Under the pieces are notes generated by a model, which saw nothing but the letters and a program-made list of their open reading frames with translations, ran no database searches and had not been told where the DNA came from. The translations under genes and the position numbers were made by a program. Positions 19,228 to 29,413 of a stretch of DNA of 64,000 bases are shown here, one piece after another (positions within the stretch are counted from its first letter, which is position 1; every line of letters begins with the position of its first letter). This DNA comes from Bacteroidota bacterium (lineage in GTDB: Bacteria > Bacteroidota > Bacteroidia > Flavobacteriales > Flavobacteriaceae), in contig JAGXRT010000034.1 of NCBI GenBank assembly GCA_018335575.1, positions 8,040 through 72,039 of the forward strand, in the 5' to 3' direction.

Positions 19228-21549
19228 ATGAATTCTAGAACATCATCCGTAATTTTTGCTCTTATAATCTTAGTAGCTACTATTTTTTGGAGCTTTTATT
19301 CACTATTACCAAGGGTAATTGAAAATGAGGAAATTCCTTTAAACGATTTTTCAACTAAAAGAGCCTTGGTACATGTCAAAGAAATGTCTAAAAAACCGCA
19401 TTATGTTGGTTCGGCTGCTCATGCTAAAGTAAGGGCGTATGTAATAGAAGAATTACAAAAATTAGGTTTGACAGTTGAAATTCAGCAACAAAGTATTACC
19501 AATGTTAAATGGAGAGCTTCGGCTATTATTTATAATATTATTGCTCGAATTCCAGGTGAGAATCACTCAAATGCCTTAATGTTATTGAGCCATTACGATT
19601 CTAGTCCACATGCCTCCTTAGGTGCTAGTGATGCGGCAAGCGGAGTAGCAACTATTTTGGAAGGAGTTAGAGCTTACCTCGCCGAAGGAAATAAACCAAA
19701 AAACGATATTATTATTTTAATTTCTGATGCCGAAGAATTAGGATTGCTGGGCGCAAAAGCCTTTGTAAAATATCACAGATGGGCAAAAGATGTTAGGTTA
19801 GTGCTTAATTTTGAGGCCAGAGGAAGTGGCGGTCCTAGCTATATGCTGCTCGAAACCAATCAGGGAAATGAAAATTTTATAAAAGCGTTTTCTAATGCAA
19901 ATGCTCCGTTTCCAATCTCTAATTCAATTGCGTACAGTATTTACAAAACCTTACCAAATGATACCGATTTAACAGTTTTTAGAGAAGATGCTGATATTGA
20001 TGGATATAATTTTGCGTTTATTGATGATCATTTTGATTATCATACAGCACAAGATTCTTATGAACGATTGGATGTAAACACCTTGCAACATCAAGGTGCA
20101 TACTTAACATCAACCTTAGATTATTTTTCAAAAAACGACCTATCAAAACTTAAAAGTGAGCGCGATGCGATATTTTTCAATATTGCACCTTTTGGATTAA
20201 TTCACTATCCATTTTCATGGATAATTCCGTTATTATGTATTGCTTTTGTGCTGTTTTTAATACTCATAATTTATGGTTTTAAAACAAGTAAATTAACGAT
20301 TAAAAGTATCCTAAAAGGCTTTATTCCATTTTTTATTACGTTGGTATTTGTTGGCTTGTTCGCCGTTCTTGGTTGGAAGTTTTTGCAATATATATATCCG
20401 CAATACAACGATATGATAAATAAATTTACGTATAATGGTAGCTTATATATTATAGCATTCTCATTTATTTCAGTAGCTATATTTTTAATAATTTATAAGC
20501 GATATGAGAAAAAGGTATCTACAGAAAATTTAATAGTAGCGCCATTAATTATATGGGGAATAGTTGCTGCGCTTAGTTATTTTTATTTGATTGGAGCAAC
20601 CTATACTGTAGTTCCATTATTAGCGGCATTACTAAGTTTTGGACTTTTATTATTACCTAAAAAACAACTATTTCCTCTTTGGTTTCATGCTGCTTTAGCT
20701 TTTCCGTTATTAATGTTATTTATGCCTTTTGTATACATGCTGCCTGTAGCTTTGGGTTTGGAAATGATGGTTGCAAGTATGGTTTTGCTGGTACTTATTT
20801 TGTCTTTGTTAATTCCGGTTCTGATGCCATTAAATATAAAATGGATTAAATCAATGGTGGTTTTGATTGGTATAGTGGCACTCTTCAGCGCACATTTAAA
20901 CGCTAATTTTGATGAACACAATAAAAAACCAAATTCTTTAATTTATTTAATGAATATTGATGATAATACTGCATCATGGTTAAGTTTTGATACGCATTTA
21001 GATGACTTCACAGCGCAATATCTTACTCAAAATTCGACTGTTACTAATGAGAAACTTGCTTTTAAAAGCAAGTTTGGTTCTAGATTAAAATACGAGGAAA
21101 AAACTGCATTAATAGATTTGCCTTTACCTGATATTACCGTTTTATCAGATTCTTTAAATGATTATAAGCGTACCATAAAGCTGATGATAATTAGCAATCG
21201 AAACGCCAATAAAATTGAAATGATGGCTACAAATCCTTTGCACGTATATTCATTAACCATAAATGGTGATAAAATTGAGTCTAACAATAACAAACCATTA
21301 TTTCAATTAGACAAAAATACGCAACTAATGAGTTACTTTTTTACAGAAAATGAACCACTAATGGTTGAGATAGTTGTTCCGTCTTTTGAAGATATAAATA
21401 TGGCTGTTTACGAAAGTAAATTCGATTTGCTTACCAACGAGATGTTGAATGTCAATTCCAGAACAAATAATATGATGCCTAAACCTTATGTTACAAGCGA
21501 TGCCACTGTTATTGTTAAACAATTAAATTTTATAGTTAATGAACAGTAA
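19228..21549 (+). CDS. Membrane-embedded M28 metallopeptidase (ERMP1/Pff1-like)
   Basis: SHYDS, GASDA, DAEELGL, NFEARG, NDTD, YHT..D; about 8-9 TM helices followed by a soluble C-domain. Confidence 0.88.
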   Translation: MNSRTSSVIFALIILVATIFWSFYSLLPRVIENEEIPLNDFSTKRALVHVKEMSKKPHYVGSAAHAKVRAYVIEELQKLGLTVEIQQQSITNVKWRASAIIYNIIARIPGENHSNALMLLSHYDSSPHASLGASDAASGVATILEGVRAYLAEGNKPKNDIIILISDAEELGLLGAKAFVKYHRWAKDVRLVLNFEARGSGGPSYMLLETNQGNENFIKAFSNANAPFPISNSIAYSIYKTLPNDTDLTVFREDADIDGYNFAFIDDHFDYHTAQDSYERLDVNTLQHQGAYLTSTLDYFSKNDLSKLKSERDAIFFNIAPFGLIHYPFSWIIPLLCIAFVLFLILIIYGFKTSKLTIKSILKGFIPFFITLVFVGLFAVLGWKFLQYIYPQYNDMINKFTYNGSLYIIAFSFISVAIFLIIYKRYEKKVSTENLIVAPLIIWGIVAALSYFYLIGATYTVVPLLAALLSFGLLLLPKKQLFPLWFHAALAFPLLMLFMPFVYMLPVALGLEMMVASMVLLVLILSLLIPVLMPLNIKWIKSMVVLIGIVALFSAHLNANFDEHNKKPNSLIYLMNIDDNTASWLSFDTHLDDFTAQYLTQNSTVTNEKLAFKSKFGSRLKYEEKTALIDLPLPDITVLSDSLNDYKRTIKLMIISNRNANKIEMMATNPLHVYSLTINGDKIESNNNKPLFQLDKNTQLMSYFFTENEPLMVEIVVPSFEDINMAVYESKFDLLTNEMLNVNSRTNNMMPKPYVTSDATVIVKQLNFIVNEQ

Positions 21550-22636
21550 AATAGTATTTTTAAGTTTCTTTTTTGTTTTAGTACTCGGATGCGAAAAGAA
21601 ATTATCAACAGATGAAATAAATATAATTAAAAACGAAACACCTAAATTAGATGCCAAGAAAGCTGCGTATTTATACCACTTTGCATATGATTGTATTGAG
21701 CAAGAATATCCAAATAAATTAAATCAGGTAATTGGAGACAGCACCTATTTAAAATCACCAAAAGAATTACATCCGGCATTTTATGGTTGTTTTGATTGGC
21801 ATTCTTCGGTTCACGGGCATTGGACCTTGGTTACACTTATTAAAGAATTACCAAATTTTGAATATAACGAAGCGATATTGCTTAAACTGCAAAAAACTAT
21901 CACTAAAGAAAATATCACCAAAGAAATAAAGTATTTTGATGATATTCATAATAACACATACGAAAGAACGTATGGTTGGGCATGGGTGCTAAAACTATCA
22001 GAAACTTTGAAAGAATGGGATCATCCAAAAGCGAACGAATTTGATGAAAATCTCCAGCCTTTGGTTGATTTATTGATTGATAAATATATTGAGTTCTTAC
22101 CAAAGTTAACCTATCCAATTCGTGTTGGTGAACATCCCAATATAGCTTTCGGGATGTCTTTTGCTTTGGATTATGCCGTCAAATACCATCCAGAACTGGC
22201 GGTACTTATAAAACAACGTTCCATTGATTATTTTAAAAGTGATGTTAATTGTCCGCTTACATGGGAGCCCAATGGTTTTGACTTCTTTTCACCATGCTTA
22301 CAAGAGGCTGTATTAATGATGAAGGTATTGCCGAAAGAAGCGTTTATACAATGGTTTGATACTTTTATGCCTGGGTTTAGAAAAAATCCGTCTAATTTTA
22401 TTCAGATTGCCATTGTTTCTGATCGCAGTGACGGAAAATTAGCACATTTAGACGGTTTAAACTTTAGCAGAGCCTGGTGCTTATACGAGCTGGGATTGTA
22501 TTTAAATAATTATAAAATGATTGATTTGGCCAATAAACACTTTGATGCCAGTTACTCAAAAATGGATTCGGGCGAATATGCAGGAGCGCATTGGTTAGCT
22601 TCATTTGCATTATACGCCATTCAGAGTTCGAAATAA
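21539..22636 (+). CDS. DUF2891 family lipoprotein
   Basis: Lipobox VLGC; EYPNK, HPAFYGCFDWHSSVHGHW, ERTYGWAW, HLDGLNFSRAW, HWLASFA. Confidence 0.82.
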   Translation: MNSKIVFLSFFFVLVLGCEKKLSTDEINIIKNETPKLDAKKAAYLYHFAYDCIEQEYPNKLNQVIGDSTYLKSPKELHPAFYGCFDWHSSVHGHWTLVTLIKELPNFEYNEAILLKLQKTITKENITKEIKYFDDIHNNTYERTYGWAWVLKLSETLKEWDHPKANEFDENLQPLVDLLIDKYIEFLPKLTYPIRVGEHPNIAFGMSFALDYAVKYHPELAVLIKQRSIDYFKSDVNCPLTWEPNGFDFFSPCLQEAVLMMKVLPKEAFIQWFDTFMPGFRKNPSNFIQIAIVSDRSDGKLAHLDGLNFSRAWCLYELGLYLNNYKMIDLANKHFDASYSKMDSGEYAGAHWLASFALYAIQSSK

Positions 22637-22667
22637 AAAAGGGAGGTTTAACCTCCCTTTTTTATTT
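22631..22667. terminator. Bidirectional terminator between the DUF2891 gene and pyk
   Basis: AAATAAAAAAGGGAGGT-TTA-ACCTCCCTTTTTTATTT perfect inverted repeat. Confidence 0.9.
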
Positions 22668-24094
22668 TATTCAATTTCTGAAACCCTAATGGTATTTGCC
22701 ATTCCTTTGGCTTCAACCGGCATAGAAGTAATACTGATAATATGATCTCCTTTTTTAACATAACCAGAATTTTTAACCATAGTGTTAATTTCTGCAATAG
22801 TTTCATCGGTGCTCACTAAATTATCGTAATAATAAGCTTTTACGCCCCAAAGCAAACTAAGTCTGTTTACGATTCTTTTGTTATCAGTAAAAGCTATAAT
22901 ATTTACATTTGGGCGCCATGCCGAAAGTTGAAATGCCGTATATCCACTGTTGGTAAAGGTGGTAATTACTTTCGCATCAAGGTCGCTTGCCATTAATGCT
23001 GCCTGATGGCAAATGGCTTTAGAAATAAAGCGTTTTGTTTTAATGTATTTCAAGTATTGGGGAACTTTGATAATAGGTGAATGTTCAACAGTTTTGATAA
23101 TATTGGTCATATGTTGAATTACTTTTATAGGATGTTCTCCAACGGATGTTTCTCCTGATAACATAACTGCATCGGCGCCATCAATAATAGAGTTTGCCAC
23201 ATCATTTACTTCTGCTCTTGTTGGCACCTGATTGGTAATCATGGTTTCCATCATTTGCGTTGCGATAATAACCGGGATTCTGGCTTCTTTTGCTTTTAAA
23301 ACAAGTTTTTTCTGAATTAACGGAACTTTTTCCATTGGCATTTCTACACCTAAATCGCCACGGGCAACCATTAGTCCATCACATTTTGAAATTAATTTAT
23401 CAATATTTTTAACAGCTTCTGGTTTTTCAATTTTTGCAATAACTGGAATTTTACAATCAGAATACTCAGCAATTAAATTGTGAAGATCTTTTAAATCTTG
23501 CTTAGTTCTAACAAAAGAAAGTGCAAACCAATCTACCTGCTGACTAATGGCAAAAATCGCATCTTTTTTATCTTTTTCAGTTAGTGCCGGAAGTGATACT
23601 TTGGTATTTGGCAGGTTTACTCCTTTTTTTGATTTTAATGGACCACCAACCAATACTTTTGTCACCACTTCATCAATTAAATTACTGCTTACGACTTTAA
23701 ATTGGAGTTTGCCGTCATCAACCAAAATGGTTTCTCCTACTTTTACATCTTTTGGAAATGCTTGATAGGTCATAAAAGCTTTTTCATGATCACCTTCACA
23801 TTCGTTGGTGGTAAAAGTAAATGTAGCGCCTGCTTTAAGTATTACCTCATCTTTCATTACGCCAACGCGTAATTTAGGTCCTTGTAAATCGGCTAAAATA
23901 GCTGTTGTAAATCCAAATTCACTGTTTAGTTCTCGTATAAATCGTATTCTTCTTTTTACTTCTTCATAGTCTGCATGTGAAAAATTAACTCGAAACACAT
24001 TAACTCCGGCTTCCATCATTGCTTTCATGACATGTTTTTCATCGCAGGCAGGCCCAAGTGTTGCAACAATTTTAGTTTTTTTATTTGTAGGCAT
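22667..24094 (-). CDS. pyk: Pyruvate kinase
   Basis: KTKIVATLGP, RVNFSH, DLQGPKLR, AKIEK, MVARGDLGVE, ATQM, MLSGET. Confidence 0.97.
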   Translation of the reverse strand: MPTNKKTKIVATLGPACDEKHVMKAMMEAGVNVFRVNFSHADYEEVKRRIRFIRELNSEFGFTTAILADLQGPKLRVGVMKDEVILKAGATFTFTTNECEGDHEKAFMTYQAFPKDVKVGETILVDDGKLQFKVVSSNLIDEVVTKVLVGGPLKSKKGVNLPNTKVSLPALTEKDKKDAIFAISQQVDWFALSFVRTKQDLKDLHNLIAEYSDCKIPVIAKIEKPEAVKNIDKLISKCDGLMVARGDLGVEMPMEKVPLIQKKLVLKAKEARIPVIIATQMMETMITNQVPTRAEVNDVANSIIDGADAVMLSGETSVGEHPIKVIQHMTNIIKTVEHSPIIKVPQYLKYIKTKRFISKAICHQAALMASDLDAKVITTFTNSGYTAFQLSAWRPNVNIIAFTDNKRIVNRLSLLWGVKAYYYDNLVSTDETIAEINTMVKNSGYVKKGDHIISITSMPVEAKGMANTIRVSEIE

Positions 24095-24097
24095 AGT

Positions 24098-24583
24098 TTA
24101 GAATATTAAAAAATCAATTGATTTAAGCTCATCAGGGTTTATCTTAAAAACTGCTTCAACTTGTTGAATTGATTTTATTGTTGTTATTAGGTTTTGATAA
24201 TAATCGGCTTCAATTCCGCCAGATATTTTTATAAAATAATCTATTTTTTTTTGTTCAGGTATTAAGTAGTTAGTAGTTTCAACTTTGTAATTGGTTGCAC
24301 TAAATAGGTTTGAAGGCTGATTAACAACCTCTGTTTTAATATATTTATTAGCTATCAAATACCAATCGTTAAAATAGTGAAGATTTTTATAGCTATATAT
24401 AGAAAATGAATGCTTGGTAGCTTTTATTTCAATTTCTAAATCTGTTTCTTCACGTTTAAAATTAGTGTTGAGATTTTTATTTAAAAAATATGCCAAACGA
24501 TAGTCTTCTATTGAACAAGTAATTCCTATTAAAGAAAAATCAATGTCAATAAAATCGCTCATTTCTAAGTTATACTTAGGCAT
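24098..24583 (-). CDS. IPExxxVDY family protein (start probably ATG 24583)
   Basis: EDYRLAYFLN and LIPEQKKIDY; a -7 box at 24608-24615 overlaps the ORF-track TTG start. Confidence 0.82.
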   Translation of the reverse strand: MPKYNLEMSDFIDIDFSLIGITCSIEDYRLAYFLNKNLNTNFKREETDLEIEIKATKHSFSIYSYKNLHYFNDWYLIANKYIKTEVVNQPSNLFSATNYKVETTNYLIPEQKKIDYFIKISGGIEADYYQNLITTIKSIQQVEAVFKINPDELKSIDFLIF

Positions 24584-24607
24584 ATTTACATTTCTATTTA
24601 TCGATAA

Positions 24608-24615
24608 CAAAATTA
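24608..24615 (-). promoter_or_regulatory. -7 element TAATTTTG for IPExxxVDY gene and pyk
   Basis: Plus-strand CAAAATTA equals TAnnTTTG on the minus strand. Confidence 0.6.
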
Positions 24616-24681
24616 AGAATAGTTTAGCGAACTAAGATGTAAAATATACGAAAACGTTTTAGATAAATGTCCTGATTTTGA

Positions 24682-25413
24682 CTAACCTATTTTGTTTTGA
24701 AGCACGTAATAAGCTCTTTTAGCAGCCATTTCTTCTGCTTTTTTCTTAGATGTAGCACGACCTTTAGCGACTTGTTTAGAGTCTATAAGTAAACGCACAC
24801 TAAATTGTTTTATTTTATCATTTCCAGAATCTTCATAAATCTCAAAATGAAATTCTTTTTTTTGTTTTTGACACCATTCTATTATTAAACTTTTGTAGCT
24901 AGACACCTTGCCTTCGAGTTTAGAAATATCGACATACGGTATAATAACACGTGTATGAATAAATTTTTCAATTCCATCATAACCCCTGTCTAAGAATATG
25001 GCTCCAAGTAAAGCCTCAAAAACATTGCCGTGTATATTGTCTCCAAATTTATCAACACTAACATTGCTTTTTACAAATCTAATCAGATTTAAATCCATAC
25101 CCAACTCATTTAAGTGATGTCGACTCACTATTTTTGAGCGCATTTGGGTTAAGTAACCTTCATTGGCTGTAGGGACTTTGTTAAAGAGATAGGTTGCAAT
25201 TACAGCATTTAACATAGCATCACCTAAAAATTCTAGACGTTCATAGTTTAGAGGTATTCCTTTTTCATCCACAGCTTTGACAGAACTGTGAATAAAAGCT
25301 TTTTTGTAATAAAACAAGTTCTTAGGCTTAAATCCCAGAATTTTTTTAAGCTCTTTCTCTAGATTTTTTTCTAAAGGGGATTTAGATTCAATAAACTTTC
25401 GAATGATGTTCAT
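24682..25413 (-). CDS. rnc: Ribonuclease III
   Basis: ERLEFLGDA signature, FEALLGAIFLD, C-terminal dsRBD (SKKKAEE.AA). Confidence 0.96.
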   Translation of the reverse strand: MNIIRKFIESKSPLEKNLEKELKKILGFKPKNLFYYKKAFIHSSVKAVDEKGIPLNYERLEFLGDAMLNAVIATYLFNKVPTANEGYLTQMRSKIVSRHHLNELGMDLNLIRFVKSNVSVDKFGDNIHGNVFEALLGAIFLDRGYDGIEKFIHTRVIIPYVDISKLEGKVSSYKSLIIEWCQKQKKEFHFEIYEDSGNDKIKQFSVRLLIDSKQVAKGRATSKKKAEEMAAKRAYYVLQNKIG

Positions 25414-25426
25414 TCTGTAAATAGAT

Positions 25427-26680
25427 TTATAGATCTATTTTTTTAAATAATAAACAAGCATTATGACCTCCAAAACCAAATGTGTTACTCATAGCTACTT
25501 TAACTTCTCTATGCTGAGCTTTGTTAAAAGTAAAATTTAATTTTGGGTCTATTTGCTCATCTGGTGTTGAAAAGTTAATAGTTGGTGGTACTATGCTGTA
25601 TTTCATTGCTAAAATCGATGCTATGGCTTCAACTGCACCAGCTGCTCCTAACAGATGCCCAGTCATTGATTTAGTTGAATTGATGTTGATATTATATGCA
25701 TGAGCTCCAAAAACATCTTTCACAGCTTTAGATTCTGCAACATCTCCAAGTGGAGTGGATGTACCGTGCATATTAATTGCATCTACTTCTTCTGGTGCTA
25801 TTTTTGCATCTTTTAAACAATTGAGCATTACATTTTTTGCGCCTAAGCCCTCTGGGTGTGGTGCGGTAATATGATGTGCATCGGCACTTAAACCGCCTCC
25901 TATTACTTCAGCGTAAATAGTTGCACCTCGTTTAACAGCATGATCGTAATCTTCTAAAATCAGAGCGCCTGCACCTTCGCCCATAACAAAACCGTCACGA
26001 TTTTTATCAAATGGTCTGGATGCTGATGCGGGGTCTTCATTTCGAGTGGATAAGGCATGTAAAGAGTTGAAACCTCCCATACCGGCTTCTGTTATTGCAG
26101 CTTCTGAACCTCCAGTTACAATAATATCAGCGTATCCTAATCGGATGTAATTTAAAGCGTCGATAATTGCGTTGGATGACGAAGCACAAGCAGAAACAGT
26201 AGTGAAGTTTAAACCTCTAAAACCGTATTTAATTGAGATATAACCAGGGGCAATATCCGCAATAAGTTTTGGAATAAAAAATGGATTGAAACGTGGAGTG
26301 TGTCCGCCTTTGCAAAAATCAATCATTTCATTTTGAAAAGTCTCGATACCGCCAATTCCGGCGCCCCAAATAACTCCTACGCGGTCTTTGTCTAATTTAT
26401 CGATTTCTAATTTTGCATCAGTTATTGCTTCATCGGCAACAACCATGGCATATTGAGTAAATCGGTCCATTTTACGAGCTTCTTTACGATCAATAAAGTC
26501 TTCAACTTTAAAGTTTTTTAACTCGCAGGCAAAGGTGGTTTTGTGTTTGGAAATATCAAAATAAGTGATTGGAGCAGCGCCACTAATTCCATTAGTGAGG
26601 CCGCTCCAATATGCTGATACGTTATTTCCAATCGGAGTTAAAGCTCCAAGTCCAGTAACTACAACTCGTTTTAACTCCAT
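25427..26680 (-). CDS. fabF: 3-oxoacyl-ACP synthase II
   Basis: RVVVTGLG, SACASS, HGTSTP, KSMTGHLLG, SNTFGFGGHN. Confidence 0.97.
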   Translation of the reverse strand: MELKRVVVTGLGALTPIGNNVSAYWSGLTNGISGAAPITYFDISKHKTTFACELKNFKVEDFIDRKEARKMDRFTQYAMVVADEAITDAKLEIDKLDKDRVGVIWGAGIGGIETFQNEMIDFCKGGHTPRFNPFFIPKLIADIAPGYISIKYGFRGLNFTTVSACASSSNAIIDALNYIRLGYADIIVTGGSEAAITEAGMGGFNSLHALSTRNEDPASASRPFDKNRDGFVMGEGAGALILEDYDHAVKRGATIYAEVIGGGLSADAHHITAPHPEGLGAKNVMLNCLKDAKIAPEEVDAINMHGTSTPLGDVAESKAVKDVFGAHAYNININSTKSMTGHLLGAAGAVEAIASILAMKYSIVPPTINFSTPDEQIDPKLNFTFNKAQHREVKVAMSNTFGFGGHNACLLFKKIDL

Positions 26681-26687
26681 AATGAAA

Positions 26688-26924
26688 TTACTTTTTAGCG
26701 TCTTCTATATAACTAATCGCTTGACCTACTGTGCTGATGTTTTCTGCTTGGTCGTCTGGAATTTGAATATCAAATTCTTTTTCGAATTCCATAATCAACT
26801 CAACAGTGTCAAGTGAATCTGCTCCTAAATCGTTAGTGAAGCTTGCTTCTAATGTAACTTCATTCTCGTCAACGCCTAATTTATCAACGATAATGGCTTT
26901 TACTCTTGATGCAATGTCTGACAT
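26688..26924 (-). CDS. acpP: Acyl carrier protein
   Basis: [12 protein letters not shown] phosphopantetheine site. Confidence 0.98.
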   Translation of the reverse strand: MSDIASRVKAIIVDKLGVDENEVTLEASFTNDLGADSLDTVELIMEFEKEFDIQIPDDQAENISTVGQAISYIEDAKK

Positions 26925-26955
26925 AATTTTCTATTTTATTGTTGTTAATACTCGG

Positions 26956-26963
26956 CAAAAGTA
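26956..26963 (-). promoter_or_regulatory. -7 element TACTTTTG for acpP-fabF-rnc
   Basis: Plus-strand CAAAAGTA, 31 nt upstream of the acpP ATG. Confidence 0.7.
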
Positions 26964-27113
26964 AAAAACTTATTTTAAAATGATGCGTACAATATTAAAA
27001 AAGTGTTTTCACAAGTTACGAAAAATAGATTTTAAGCTCAAGAAAAGTTTTAAAAAAGTATTTGAAGATGGGCTAATTTAGTTAATTTGCAATTATTACA
27101 AAGGAAAGATAAT

Positions 27114-27686
27114 TTGAAACGTATAGCCATTTTTGCATCGGGTAGCGGCACAAACGCTGAAAATATAATGAGGTATTTTGAAGATTCTGATAAAATATCG
27201 GTTGAAATACTCTGCACTAATAATAAAAATGCCAAAGCAATAGACCGTGCTTTAAATTTTAAAGTACCTGTAAAAATATTTACTAAAGAAGAGTTAAACG
27301 AGAATTCTGATTTTATAGAATATTTATCAAAAAAAGTTGATTATATTATTTTAGCCGGATTTTTATGGTTAATTCCAAAGCAATTCATTAAAAAATTTCC
27401 CAATAAAATAATAAATATTCACCCTGCGTTATTGCCTAAGTACGGTGGAAAAGGTATGTACGGAATGCATGTACACGAAGCTGTTGTTAAAAACAAAGAA
27501 AAAGAAACCGGAATAACCATTCATTTTGTAGACGAAAAATACGATGAAGGCGCTATTATCTTTCAGCATTCGGTAACAATTTTCGAAACAGATTCACCAG
27601 AAGATGTTGCTAGTAAAATTCATCAATTAGAATATGAATATTTTCCTAAAATAATTGAATCGGTTATACTTCAAGATGTCAAATAA
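27114..27686 (+). CDS. purN: Phosphoribosylglycinamide formyltransferase (start probably TTG 27114)
   Basis: IAIFASGSGTN, LAGF, INIHPALLP, GITIHFVD..YDEG. Confidence 0.95.
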   Translation: MKRIAIFASGSGTNAENIMRYFEDSDKISVEILCTNNKNAKAIDRALNFKVPVKIFTKEELNENSDFIEYLSKKVDYIILAGFLWLIPKQFIKKFPNKIINIHPALLPKYGGKGMYGMHVHEAVVKNKEKETGITIHFVDEKYDEGAIIFQHSVTIFETDSPEDVASKIHQLEYEYFPKIIESVILQDVK

Positions 27687-28155
27687 AGTTCATATTTATA
27701 CCGATGGTGCTTGTAGCGGTAATCCTGGTAAAGGAGGTTACGGCATTGTTATGGAGTGGGTAGGTAGGCCTTATAAGAAAGAATTTTCTGAGGGTTATAG
27801 ACTAACTACAAATAACAGAATGGAGTTATTGGCGGTTATAGTTGCTTTAGAAAATTTAAAAACAACAGATGTTGAGGTAACTGTTTTTTCAGATTCTAAA
27901 TATGTAGTAGAAGCTGTTGAAAAGAAATGGGTTTTTAGTTGGGAATTAAAAGGATTTAAAGGAAAGAAAAACCCAGATTTGTGGAAACGGTTTTTAGCTG
28001 TTTACCGCAATCATACTATAAAATTTGAATGGGTTAAAGGACATAATAATCATATGCAAAATGAACGATGTGATAAACTGGCAGTAAAAGCATCTCAAAA
28101 AGAAAATTTAAAAGTTGATACTGCGTTTGAATCGAAACCTACCGAATTATTTTAA
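27676..28155 (+). CDS. rnhA: Ribonuclease HI (start ATG 27676)
   Basis: YTDGACSGNPG, TTNNRMEL, SDSKY, WVKGH, NERCD. Confidence 0.96.
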   Translation: MSNKVHIYTDGACSGNPGKGGYGIVMEWVGRPYKKEFSEGYRLTTNNRMELLAVIVALENLKTTDVEVTVFSDSKYVVEAVEKKWVFSWELKGFKGKKNPDLWKRFLAVYRNHTIKFEWVKGHNNHMQNERCDKLAVKASQKENLKVDTAFESKPTELF

Positions 28156-28158
28156 ATA

Positions 28159-28182
28159 AAAAAGCGCCCTTGGGCGCTTTTT
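28159..28182. terminator. Bidirectional terminator between rnhA and the M43 gene
   Basis: AAAAAGCGCCC-TT-GGGCGCTTTTT. Confidence 0.85.
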
Positions 28183-28186
28183 GTGT

Positions 28187-29245
28187 TTATTGTACAAAAC
28201 TTCTTCTAAAGCCTCCTTCGGCAAAAAGTGTTCTCATTCTGTCATTTTGACCTAGAGTAAACATGTACATGCAATTATCATACGTGTAATCCATATAATT
28301 CATGGTCATATCTGCAGATTGACAATTGATGGTAGGATAAGCTGGGCATCCGTAATTTGGTCCGTCAGAACTTGGAGTATCTGCTACAAAATCATCTTGG
28401 CGACATCTGCCATCTCCCCAAATGTGACGTAAATTTAACCAATGTCCTACTTCATGAGTTGCAGTTCTACCATGACCATAGACTCCTCCTGCAGTATTTT
28501 CTCCAAAATAATCAGAGCCTATAACTACTCCGTCAGTAGCTAAAGTACCACCAGGGAATTGAGCATAACCCAAAATACCTCCGCCAATTTCACATACCCA
28601 AATATTTAAATATTTTGTTGGGTCTGTAGCATTTATGCCCCCTTGGCTTTCATATTTCATAGCATCGTTGGTGCCCCAAGAAGTTTTTGTAGACGTCTTT
28701 CTATTAACCCCTGCAAGTGTAAACGTAATGTTTGCATTTGCAACTAAGCTTGCAAATTCTGTAGGTACCGTTACAGTTCTACTATTGTTGTTGTTGAAGT
28801 CATCATTTAATATCGCAATTTGTGAATTGATATGGGCTTGTGTTACCGGATGAGCAGGGTCTTCAAGAATATTTACGATAACAGGAATGGTTACAGTTCC
28901 TGTATAAGGTGTTGGAGGAGGAGGTGTTTCTCCACCGCCTGGTTTTCCTTTATTTACAGACCCTTTATTTGCAATTAGTGTACGCGTATGTTTTTCAATA
29001 TTGTACATTCGATGTTCAAGACTAGGATCTTCTTTTAACTGTTGATTTAAGACTTTCATTGTGTAGCATTTATCTGCCTTTGCGTCTTCAGTTGTTCTGG
29101 CATTAGGTATGTCTTCAGTATAAACATAAAAATCACTCATATTAATTTCGATGGATTCTTGTTTAGAAGCAATGTCCTCTACATTTTGTTCACAAGCAAT
29201 AAATAAAAAAGATAATGTGAAAAAGGTGAAAATAAATTTTTTCAT
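28187..29245 (-). CDS. M43 (pappalysin/ulilysin-like) zinc metalloprotease, lipoprotein zymogen
   Basis: Lipobox FIAC; pro-domain Cys (KCYTM); Pro-rich linker; LGYAQFP; HEVGHWLNLRH; Met-turn NYMDY. Confidence 0.9.
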   Translation of the reverse strand: MKKFIFTFFTLSFLFIACEQNVEDIASKQESIEINMSDFYVYTEDIPNARTTEDAKADKCYTMKVLNQQLKEDPSLEHRMYNIEKHTRTLIANKGSVNKGKPGGGETPPPPTPYTGTVTIPVIVNILEDPAHPVTQAHINSQIAILNDDFNNNNSRTVTVPTEFASLVANANITFTLAGVNRKTSTKTSWGTNDAMKYESQGGINATDPTKYLNIWVCEIGGGILGYAQFPGGTLATDGVVIGSDYFGENTAGGVYGHGRTATHEVGHWLNLRHIWGDGRCRQDDFVADTPSSDGPNYGCPAYPTINCQSADMTMNYMDYTYDNCMYMFTLGQNDRMRTLFAEGGFRRSFVQ

Positions 29246-29413
29246 AAAGTTTTAAATTAATTAGTTAATACGTTTTATTGAGAAAAACGAATGTAAAAAA
29301 ATATTTTAACAAATTATTAACTAATTAAAAAAAATACTCAAAAAATATGAAAATATAATAAAACAGAAATACGCATAAATAAAAACACAATAAATACTTG
29401 AAATAATTGTGAA

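Noticed and set aside
25419..25440. AAATAGAT/ATCTATTT hairpin just upstream of rnc as an RNase III autoregulatory site
   Set aside because: An 8-bp AT-rich stem is too short and weak for an RNase III substrate.
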